Part shown: positions 56,561 to 64,000 of the stretch, piece after piece | Layout: the number at the start of each line of letters is the position of its first letter | Numbering within the stretch: the stretch's first letter is position 1 | Sequence record: MN091626.1 | Length of the DNA stretch: 64,000 bases | Reading direction: 5' to 3' (one strand) | Translations under genes and position numbers: made by a program | Notes under the pieces: generated by a model | The model's input: only the letters and a program-made list of their open reading frames with translations | Databases searched by the model: none | What the model was told of the DNA's origin: nothing

Positions 56561-57736
56561 GTGTATTATCACATGTTAGATATTTTAATCTATTCATTTT
56601 CTGGTTTCGCCATTGTAGGAGGTTCTGCAATGGCGATTTATAATGGAAATAAGTTAGTTAAAAAGAAAAAAAGAGTCTCACAAAATGAATTAAAACTTAA
56701 AGATACAGAAGAATTAATTGATCTCAATGAAACTAAAATAATGGAAAAATTAAATGATTCTTATAAATTAGAAAATGCTTTTGACTGTAAGGAAAGATAC
56801 TACGCTTTACATTATCTATTGAGTCATCCAGAAATGGAATTCTATAAAGAAATAGCCACTCATATTTATTCAGCTGTTTTAAATGAAAAAACTAATATTG
56901 GAGCTGAATATACTAAAGATTTATTTATTGAAGGGAAATCCTATGATAAAAGATTAGACTTATTGACATTCTCTTTAGTATACAAAAAAGATAGTAAATT
57001 TGAAATTAACAAAGAAAATGGAATTATGGAAGAGTTTAAAGATTTACTTGACACTAATATAGAAGATTTAGAGATGCTAGAAAGAGAAGGTTTTATATAT
57101 ACGAAAGATGACTCAGGCATATTTTATAAATATTTATTTTTCGGGACTAAAATACTAATCGGTTTAGTTAATTTACATGGTGATTATTATATAACTATTA
57201 TAGATGAAAAAGAAAACGTTTATATTAAAGATATGAAACTTGGTGAAGAGTTGGATGCTTTACAATATTTTGACGGAAGAAGGTTTTTGTATCATCCATT
57301 AGATTTCTTTATATTAGAAGATGGCGAATTACAAATATTAGATCCAAATTCATATAATTTAGAACATGTTAACAATAAAAAAATAATATTTGATCCTAAG
57401 TCTTATGATTCAGAACCTATAGGGAATAAGCGTATAAACTTATATCATGAAGACATAGAATTTAAAAAAGTTCCTTTTAACACTGAAGGATTATTAAATT
57501 ATTTAAATAATGATGTTAAAATAGAAAATGATGATTTTATTTATCTTAAAGGAAACAAAGTGGAAAGAAATATAGATAAGAATCATTGGTCGAATTTAAT
57601 AGAAACTAATTATATGATGAATTATAGAGATAAAAAGAAATTCATGAAAAATATTCATAATAAATTAGTGGAAGAGAAAAGAATGAAAGATATTGAAGAA
57701 TATAAAAGTTACTCTGAAATAGGGAGAAAGGAGTGA
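56561..57736 (+). CDS. Membrane-anchored hypothetical protein (paralog of 61947..62495)
   Basis: N-terminal TM; ERYYALHYLL and HWSNLIETN motifs shared with 61947..62495. Confidence 0.6.
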   Translation: MYYHMLDILIYSFSGFAIVGGSAMAIYNGNKLVKKKKRVSQNELKLKDTEELIDLNETKIMEKLNDSYKLENAFDCKERYYALHYLLSHPEMEFYKEIATHIYSAVLNEKTNIGAEYTKDLFIEGKSYDKRLDLLTFSLVYKKDSKFEINKENGIMEEFKDLLDTNIEDLEMLEREGFIYTKDDSGIFYKYLFFGTKILIGLVNLHGDYYITIIDEKENVYIKDMKLGEELDALQYFDGRRFLYHPLDFFILEDGELQILDPNSYNLEHVNNKKIIFDPKSYDSEPIGNKRINLYHEDIEFKKVPFNTEGLLNYLNNDVKIENDDFIYLKGNKVERNIDKNHWSNLIETNYMMNYRDKKKFMKNIHNKLVEEKRMKDIEEYKSYSEIGRKE

Positions 57737-57743
57737 AGATTCT

Positions 57744-58580
57744 TTGAGTAAAGATTTTTTCTCTCATAATAATGTAAATTATAAAAAAGATTTAGATAAA
57801 CAACTTGATGAAGATTTAGATAAACTTTATGGACAACAGTCTATGGATATTAATCCATACGGTCATAAAGGCTTTGTTAACAAAGATGTTAGAGAAGCTA
57901 AAGAAAAACTTGATAAACTTAATGATGATTTGATGCGTAAAGGACACAGTGCAATGATTGATACTGATTTAATTCTAAAGGAAATTGATAAACGCAAAAC
58001 TTTAGAAAGGGAAAAATTGAATGGCGTTTATGACAGTATATATAATTTTGGTTCTATAAATCCTGTAAGTCATAGTCACTATAGACAGCTGGATGAGATT
58101 AATAAACGTAATACTAATATAAAAAATAACTCTCGTAATTATATTAAAAAAGATTTAGATGAAGAAGCATTGAATAGAAGACAATATAGAAATATGTGGA
58201 ATAAACCTGTAATGACTTATGAACAAAAATTAATGAATAGATTAGATGAAATAAGAAGTAAGAAAATAACTAATAAAAATAAAGAAAGATATACTGTTGA
58301 AGTTTCAGCAATAATGTATATAACAAGTTGTAAATTTATTCCTGAATTTACTAAAGATGATATAATTAATACTTATTTTGATGTAAAAGAAATGATGAAC
58401 AAAAAAGATAAAATCTTAGGAAATGGTGAAAGTGTAAAAAATTTCACTTTAATATTTGCTAAAGCTATATGGTTTTTAAGAGGAAATATTAAAGAAAAGA
58501 GTATAATAACAAATCATTCAGCACATGCAATTAATAATAATTTTTTAATAAAAGATTTATATGATCTTAGAGTATTTTAA
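57744..58580 (+). CDS. Hypothetical protein
   Basis: 278-aa ORF with SD AAGGAG. Confidence 0.55.
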   Translation: MSKDFFSHNNVNYKKDLDKQLDEDLDKLYGQQSMDINPYGHKGFVNKDVREAKEKLDKLNDDLMRKGHSAMIDTDLILKEIDKRKTLEREKLNGVYDSIYNFGSINPVSHSHYRQLDEINKRNTNIKNNSRNYIKKDLDEEALNRRQYRNMWNKPVMTYEQKLMNRLDEIRSKKITNKNKERYTVEVSAIMYITSCKFIPEFTKDDIINTYFDVKEMMNKKDKILGNGESVKNFTLIFAKAIWFLRGNIKEKSIITNHSAHAINNNFLIKDLYDLRVF

Positions 58581-58599
58581 TTAGGAGAGTGAAAAAGAT

Positions 58600-58989
58600 A
58601 TGGGAAGTTTAATAGGTTTAATTGTGCTAATAGTAAATTCACTATTAGCATCAATTTTTATTTTTAGTAACTTAGGAAAAATGGGTAAATTTAAAAACAG
58701 TTCATGGGTTCCAATTGAAAGAGAGATAAAAAATAGAATGAAATTCTTAATGACTATTAATTTTATTCTATTTCTATCATCATTAATATTATTATTTAAA
58801 AATATTATATCGGCTCAAGTATCATTATTATCAATAATTATATTTGGAGGAGTATTTATATTCTTTTTATTTAAATTGATGAGAGACAATCAGTATTTTA
58901 GTAAGAGTAATAAATTTTATAATACAGTTTATATGATGAGTCTATTTTTATTAACAATAGATGTTTTATTATCATTTTATAATCTATAA
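58600..58989 (+). CDS. Multi-pass membrane protein
   Basis: Four hydrophobic segments in 129 aa. Confidence 0.65.
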   Translation: MGSLIGLIVLIVNSLLASIFIFSNLGKMGKFKNSSWVPIEREIKNRMKFLMTINFILFLSSLILLFKNIISAQVSLLSIIIFGGVFIFFLFKLMRDNQYFSKSNKFYNTVYMMSLFLLTIDVLLSFYNL

Positions 58990-59078
58990 AAGATTAAAGA
59001 AATATATAAGTTAAATAAAGATGAGGTAATGGCAAATTATATGTCATTACCTCCAATATACTATAAGGAGAGTTTAAA

Positions 59079-60173
59079 ATGAAAAAATCATTAATAACAG
59101 CATCATTATTAAGTACGGTAATACTGTTGGGAGCATGTGGAAACGAAGGATCATCATCATCAGAGAATAAAGGGTCAAACTTAAAACCAGAAAAGCAAGA
59201 AGAAATTTATTCTAAAGAAGCAAAATTATTAGGTAAAGCAATAAGTAATGAAGATGCTATGGATGATTCTACAAATAAAGTTTCAGATGATTTTAAGAAA
59301 TCTTTAGACAGATATGAAGATAAAACTAAAAATTTAGATAGCGTAGATACTCAAGTTGGTGATTTAACTTTAAGAGTTGGAAAATCTATTGAAATCATGA
59401 GTGAACGCATGTATGAATTAGATAAGTTCAATAAAGATAATCCAGATAAAGAAATGGAATACAATCTAGCTCTTGTTGATGTTGGAATTAATACCGCTCA
59501 ATCTCTAGAAAGTATAAATGAAGATTATGAATCAATCGATGTATCATATAAAAATGAAACTATCGGTAAGAAAGCTAATGAAGAAGTAACTGATGTTTTA
59601 TCAACTTTCCCAGCATATGAACTTGATGAATTGATAGATGATTATGGAACTGGCATTGTTGGAAATGATGAAACAGATCTAACACAAGAACAACAAAAAG
59701 TATTATCAGACACTAAATATCGAGATGAACTTAAAAAAGAAGTAATGACTCAAGAAGAACCAGACACTTCTAAAAATGAATATAATGAATCTGTGAATAT
59801 GTTTAATAAATTTGCACCAGAATTCCTTCATTATAAAGAAGTAGATGAAATGGTATCTTCAACAGAAAATAACAATATGATGGATATCAGAAATGCTGTT
59901 GTAAGTGCTAATACAGATGCTGGAGTAGATAGTTATGAAGATATGGAAGAAGATGCTGAATCATTAGAAGATGATACTGAGAGTATCGAAGATGAAGAAA
60001 GCTCAGATGACGAAGGATATGATATTGATGGCTGGTCTGCAGAATCTTATAATGAATTAGTAGATGAATATAACGCTCTTACCGATGGTGAAAAAATGGA
60101 TCACGTAGATGAAGATGTATCTAATATTGAATATGAACAATTAGAAGAAAGAGTCGCAAAATTAGAAGAATAA
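59079..60173 (+). CDS. Acidic lipoprotein
   Basis: MKKSLITASLLSTVILLGAC lipobox; Asp/Glu-rich C-terminus with an internal repeat (KNEYNESVNMFNK / AESYNELVDEYNA). Confidence 0.8.
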   Translation: MKKSLITASLLSTVILLGACGNEGSSSSENKGSNLKPEKQEEIYSKEAKLLGKAISNEDAMDDSTNKVSDDFKKSLDRYEDKTKNLDSVDTQVGDLTLRVGKSIEIMSERMYELDKFNKDNPDKEMEYNLALVDVGINTAQSLESINEDYESIDVSYKNETIGKKANEEVTDVLSTFPAYELDELIDDYGTGIVGNDETDLTQEQQKVLSDTKYRDELKKEVMTQEEPDTSKNEYNESVNMFNKFAPEFLHYKEVDEMVSSTENNNMMDIRNAVVSANTDAGVDSYEDMEEDAESLEDDTESIEDEESSDDEGYDIDGWSAESYNELVDEYNALTDGEKMDHVDEDVSNIEYEQLEERVAKLEE

Positions 60174-60186
60174 CGGAGGAAATTAA

Positions 60187-61593
60187 ATGAAGAGAATCTT
60201 TAAAAGTTTAACTCTTTATATCTTTTTATTTGTTTTAGCTTCTTTAACCTTATTTTTAGGGTTTAAAGAAGCTATTAATTATATCATATTGGGATTATTA
60301 ACTTTCTTATTAATCCTTTCTTTTTACTTCTTATTAAGTTATGCATATAATTTAATTATATCATTATTTGGATATAAGAAATTAAAAAGAGATTATGATA
60401 TTATAGCACCTAAAACTAGATTTTTAATAATGGTAGCTGCTCATAATGAAGAGACCGTTATTAGAGAAACTATTAAAAATCTTAAAAAGATTAATTATGA
60501 CAAAAGCATGTTTGATATCTGTATAGTTTCAGATAATTCTACAGATAATACAACAAATATTGCTTTAGAAGAAAATGTTATTGTTGTAGATACGATTAAA
60601 GGAAGATTTGAAAGAGAAGGCGTTGGAAAACCAGCAGGATTACAATATGCATTAAGGGAATTAGGATTTGAAAGTATAAAAGATAAATATGATTTAGTAA
60701 TGGTATTAGACGCAGATAATTTTGTTAGTCCTAATATATTAAGAGAAGTAAATTCTCAATATATCGCTAAAAATAAACCTGAAGCGATTCAAGTTTATTT
60801 AGATAGTAAAAATTATGACAGTATGATGTCTTTAGCATATAGTGCAGTATTTTGGACTAATAATAAATTTATTCAAGCTGCTAAATATAGATTAGGTTTA
60901 CCGAATTCAATCGGAGGAACAGGTTTCTCAGTTAGATCAGATTATCTTATTGATAGTGGAGGATTTAACTATGAATCATTAACAGAAGATTTAGAAATGG
61001 AAGTTGAAATAGTTAGTAATGGTGGAAGAGTTTTATGGAATGACTTTGCATCTATTTATGATGAAAAACCAGAAGGATTGAAAGTTTCTATGGTCCAACG
61101 TTTGAGATGGGCTAAGGGTCATTTTTATGTAGGATATAAAAATTTCTTTCCATTATTAAAATTATTCGCAAAGACATTTAATATTAAATATATAGATAAA
61201 ATAGTTTTCCTTATGACAATGGGAAGAAGTTTACATTTAGCATTAATGTTGTTAGTTATATCATTACAAGGATTATATTTATATTTAAATAATAAAACAG
61301 AAATCATCATAAATAATTTTCATTATCCAACTGTATTACAATTATTAAATGATAATTTCTTATTCTTAGGAACTTTTAATGCTATTCTATTAAGTTACAG
61401 TTTCTTATTTTTACCATTATATTCTATATATAATAAAATAAAGAGTAAAAATATAATTAAGAATGCAATATCATTTTTATATTATGTGGTAACTGATTTT
61501 ATAGTTCAAACTCAAGCTATATTTGTTTGGAAAGAACAAAAGAATTGGGTAAGAACTCCTCATGATAAAAATAAAATAAAAACAGACAAATAA
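60187..61593 (+). CDS. Processive family 2 glycosyltransferase (cellulose synthase/IcaA-like)
   Basis: VAAHNEE, DNSTD, GKPAGL, LDAD (DxD), TED and QRLRW (QxxRW); N- and C-terminal TM helices. Confidence 0.88.
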   Translation: MKRIFKSLTLYIFLFVLASLTLFLGFKEAINYIILGLLTFLLILSFYFLLSYAYNLIISLFGYKKLKRDYDIIAPKTRFLIMVAAHNEETVIRETIKNLKKINYDKSMFDICIVSDNSTDNTTNIALEENVIVVDTIKGRFEREGVGKPAGLQYALRELGFESIKDKYDLVMVLDADNFVSPNILREVNSQYIAKNKPEAIQVYLDSKNYDSMMSLAYSAVFWTNNKFIQAAKYRLGLPNSIGGTGFSVRSDYLIDSGGFNYESLTEDLEMEVEIVSNGGRVLWNDFASIYDEKPEGLKVSMVQRLRWAKGHFYVGYKNFFPLLKLFAKTFNIKYIDKIVFLMTMGRSLHLALMLLVISLQGLYLYLNNKTEIIINNFHYPTVLQLLNDNFLFLGTFNAILLSYSFLFLPLYSIYNKIKSKNIIKNAISFLYYVVTDFIVQTQAIFVWKEQKNWVRTPHDKNKIKTDK

Positions 61594-61632
61594 TATTGAA
61601 TGTGGATAAATAAATAATAAAGGAGAAATTGA

Positions 61633-61950
61633 ATGTTTTCAATAACTATAATATTAATGATAGCACTACTAATAGTGCTATCATGTTATACCCATAAATT
61701 AAATAAAGAGAATAAAGATGTAGATTTAACCGAAAATATGCCTAGATATGCTATGGCAAACAGAAATGCTAAATTAATCTATATTAAAGCAGATTCTAAA
61801 AGTTATTTAAACTATCAGATTAACGAATTCAAAAATAATAAAAGATTCAAAGATTATGGTTACGAAATTGATAAGGTTGATTGGGATGGAAATATTGTTC
61901 ATGAGAGTAGAGATAGTGACCTCAAATTGATTAAAGATCGGAGAAGATGA
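61633..61950 (+). CDS. Membrane-anchored hypothetical protein
   Basis: N-terminal TM; SD AAAGGAG. Confidence 0.6.
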   Translation: MFSITIILMIALLIVLSCYTHKLNKENKDVDLTENMPRYAMANRNAKLIYIKADSKSYLNYQINEFKNNKRFKDYGYEIDKVDWDGNIVHESRDSDLKLIKDRRR

Positions 61951-62495
61951 TTATGGGATTAATAGTCATTACATTAGCATTTACTACACTTATTCTTATT
62001 GTAATTATTCTCTTACAAGCAAATCAAATAAAAAATATTAATAAAAATAATGATAGATATTTTAACGAAGACGAATTTCATAATAGTCAAGATATTTTTG
62101 GTTATAATGAAAAAGGAATTATGGGTTTTTTAAATATGTCTTTTTCATTAGTTTCAGAATATGATAAAAAAGAAAGATTGTATGCAGGACATTACTTATT
62201 AAAAAATATGAATGCAAAATTTTTGATATTTGATTCTAACCATGAAACATATAAAGAAGTAACTTCAAAAGAACTACTACTTGAAAAAGATAAAAGAGAA
62301 TATCTTTTTTCAAGACAAATAGAAAGACCTAAATTTTATGATCATTGGTCTAATTTAATTCAAACTAATAAAAAACTCAACATTAAGAACTTGAAAAAAT
62401 TAACGAATAAATACGACAATATTCTAAAACAAAAATTTGACTTAGAACAGATTAATGAATTTAAAGATTATATGGAAGGAAGAATTACTTTATGA
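61947..62495 (+). CDS. Membrane-anchored hypothetical protein (paralog of 56561..57736)
   Basis: N-terminal TM; ERLYAGHYLL and HWSNLIQTN motifs. Confidence 0.6.
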   Translation: MIMGLIVITLAFTTLILIVIILLQANQIKNINKNNDRYFNEDEFHNSQDIFGYNEKGIMGFLNMSFSLVSEYDKKERLYAGHYLLKNMNAKFLIFDSNHETYKEVTSKELLLEKDKREYLFSRQIERPKFYDHWSNLIQTNKKLNIKNLKKLTNKYDNILKQKFDLEQINEFKDYMEGRITL

Positions 62496-62632
62496 CAGTA
62501 TTAATAATATTATCCATAATGACTTTTTTAGTTGTAGCATTTGGCATTATTGAGAAAGATGTTGATATCCTTGCAACTGGAGCTTTAATTGCATGTTTGG
62601 CATTGTTTTACGTAGCTTTTGGGATAATCTAA
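62492..62632 (+). CDS. Tiny two-TM membrane protein (46 aa), not in the ORF track
   Basis: ATGA overlap with the upstream stop; MTVLIILSIMTFLVVAFGIIEKDVDILATGALIACLALFYVAFGII. Confidence 0.6.
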   Translation: MTVLIILSIMTFLVVAFGIIEKDVDILATGALIACLALFYVAFGII

Positions 62633-62662
62633 AAAGAAAATAAAAAGATCGGAGAAATAATT

Positions 62663-62836
62663 ATGATTATAGCACCTATTTTATTGATAATATCTGTTTT
62701 TTTAATAATAGCTTCATTGATATCTTTTGTTATAACAGTTATAAATTTTAATGAAGGAATAGTTTCTTTAATAATTGCAGTTGCAGGATTTATAGTTTTC
62801 TTATTATCTTGTGTATTTGGAATGATAGGTTTATAA
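62663..62836 (+). CDS. Tiny two-TM membrane protein (57 aa), not in the ORF track
   Basis: SD GGAG; MIIAPILLIISVFL...CVFGMIGL. Confidence 0.6.
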   Translation: MIIAPILLIISVFLIIASLISFVITVINFNEGIVSLIIAVAGFIVFLLSCVFGMIGL

Positions 62837-62860
62837 AATTAAAGATCGGAGAAAATAATT

Positions 62861-63052
62861 ATGGGTACATTTTTGGGAATATCACTCTTAGTGTCTTTTG
62901 GATTAACTTTAATCTTCTTTTTATTAACAGCTGTATTTGATGATTTTGACATATTATTAATGATAACTGTTATTTCTGCTATAATAACTGTAGTACTATT
63001 TATATCCTTAGGTATATTTGCTATACTTAACGAAAGTCAATTCTATTATTAA
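62861..63052 (+). CDS. Tiny two-TM membrane protein (63 aa)
   Basis: Two hydrophobic helices separated by DDFD; same leader as the previous gene. Confidence 0.65.
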   Translation: MGTFLGISLLVSFGLTLIFFLLTAVFDDFDILLMITVISAIITVVLFISLGIFAILNESQFYY

Positions 63053-63081
63053 GAATAAATATTAAGAGAGGATGGTTAGAT

Positions 63082-63351
63082 GTGAATTTATTTAATTTAT
63101 TTAAAAAAGAAGATAAAAGATTAGCATTAATAAGAAATAAATTTGATGAAGAAAAAATTACTGCAGTAATCAGAAAAGAAGGTAATAAAATTGAAGTGGA
63201 ATATTTATTATTTAATGATGAAAATTGCATGATGAGACCTTCTTATTATTCTGAAGAAGATCGTTTAGAAGTAGAAAACAAAATAAAAGCTGTTATGGCA
63301 TATTATGGTTATTTAGACAATGACTTTATTATGTATGCAGATGTAATTTAA
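63082..63351 (+). CDS. Hypothetical protein
   Basis: 89-aa ORF with SD GAGG. Confidence 0.55.
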   Translation: MNLFNLFKKEDKRLALIRNKFDEEKITAVIRKEGNKIEVEYLLFNDENCMMRPSYYSEEDRLEVENKIKAVMAYYGYLDNDFIMYADVI

Positions 63352-63376
63352 TTATATTAAAAGAGGTGTTTAAGTA

Positions 63377-63460
63377 ATGATAACGACATACATTATATTT
63401 TCAATTTTAGTACTAGGATTAGTTAATATTATTTCATACAAAAAATCAAAAGCAAAATAA
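63377..63460 (+). CDS. Putative 27-aa single-TM peptide
   Basis: SD AGAGGTG; MITTYIIFSILVLGLVNIISYKKSKAK. Confidence 0.45.
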   Translation: MITTYIIFSILVLGLVNIISYKKSKAK

Positions 63461-63581
63461 ATTAAAAATTGGAACTAACCTTTCTATATGAGAGGTTAGT
63501 TCCTCATATTTGATTTTTTTTAGAAATAATTGCGTTATTTATTATTTCAATTAATTTATTTAGAAGGAGAGATACATTATA

Positions 63582-63755
63582 TTGATAATTAAAATACTGT
63601 TTTTGATATTTTTAGTATTGGGCAATATTTTATTTTTAAATTCATTATTTACAATTATCTTTAATGAGTTTGATACATATAAGAGAGAATTAATAATGAA
63701 TCTTATATCACTGCTATCAATTTTTACTGCATTATGGTTATACTCATTAATTTAA
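63582..63755 (+). CDS. Putative 57-aa two-TM membrane protein
   Basis: SD AAGGAG, TTG start; hydrophobic-loop-hydrophobic pattern. Confidence 0.45.
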   Translation: MIIKILFLIFLVLGNILFLNSLFTIIFNEFDTYKRELIMNLISLLSIFTALWLYSLI

Positions 63756-63868
63756 ATCAACTAGAAAAATTTTAATGTTTTTAAGGAAAATTTCTAGCTT
63801 TTTTATAAAAAATTTGTTATAATAAATAACGTTATAGTATTAAATAATTTTTGGAGAGTGAATGTTAA

Positions 63869-64000
63869 ATGTCAAAATTAACTAGCAAAATTAATGATTT
63901 GATTAAATCAAACCCATCAGTGTACGGTAAAGAAGATAATTACACGCCTATGTATGAATCAGGAATTGACTTATTGGACTATAGAAATGGTTTCTTAAAT
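63869..64000 (+). CDS. 5' part of a gene running off the window, possibly a RecA-like recombinase
   Basis: SD GGAGAGTGA; YESGIDLLDYRNG resembles the N-terminus of jumbo-phage RecA-like proteins; only 44 codons are visible. Confidence 0.35.
   Translation, partial: MSKLTSKINDLIKSNPSVYGKEDNYTPMYESGIDLLDYRNGFLN

Overview
This is a 64-kb segment of a very AT-rich jumbo phage genome of the phiKZ/AR9-like type, infecting a Firmicute (extended AGGAG(A/G)TGA Shine-Dalgarno sites; probably a Staphylococcus/Bacillus-type host, which is inference). Contents in order: (1) 1-4007, virion/baseplate genes; (2) 4063-7842, an inverted replication block with a DnaB-like helicase and an SbcD/Mre11-like nuclease; (3) 8167-23601, giant tail proteins and an amidase/PG-binding protein; (4) 23688-27207, the standout locus; (5) 27291-64000, early/accessory genes. 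The standout locus is a 1.1-kb non-coding array of five tandem structured units. Each unit is closed by its own inverted repeat and has an unpaired G right after the 5' arm, a conserved double hairpin with an invariant TGAATACG loop, and a unique GC-rich hairpin. The array lies directly upstream of a retron-type reverse transcriptase (NADYH, YADD, ITG) and a tightly coupled 274-aa partner gene, and it looks like a multiplexed five-msDNA retron carried by a phage. The accessory region contains gyrB split by a group I intron with an endonuclease in loop L1, gyrA with an intein at the catalytic Tyr, and a phage RNA polymerase beta-like gene split by an ORF-less group II intron. It also has HNH/NUMOD4 proteins, a thermonuclease, an MBL-fold hydrolase, TelA, a GT2 glycosyltransferase and many lipoproteins and small membrane proteins. 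All calls come from motif recognition and hand base-pairing; no database searches or folding programs were run.
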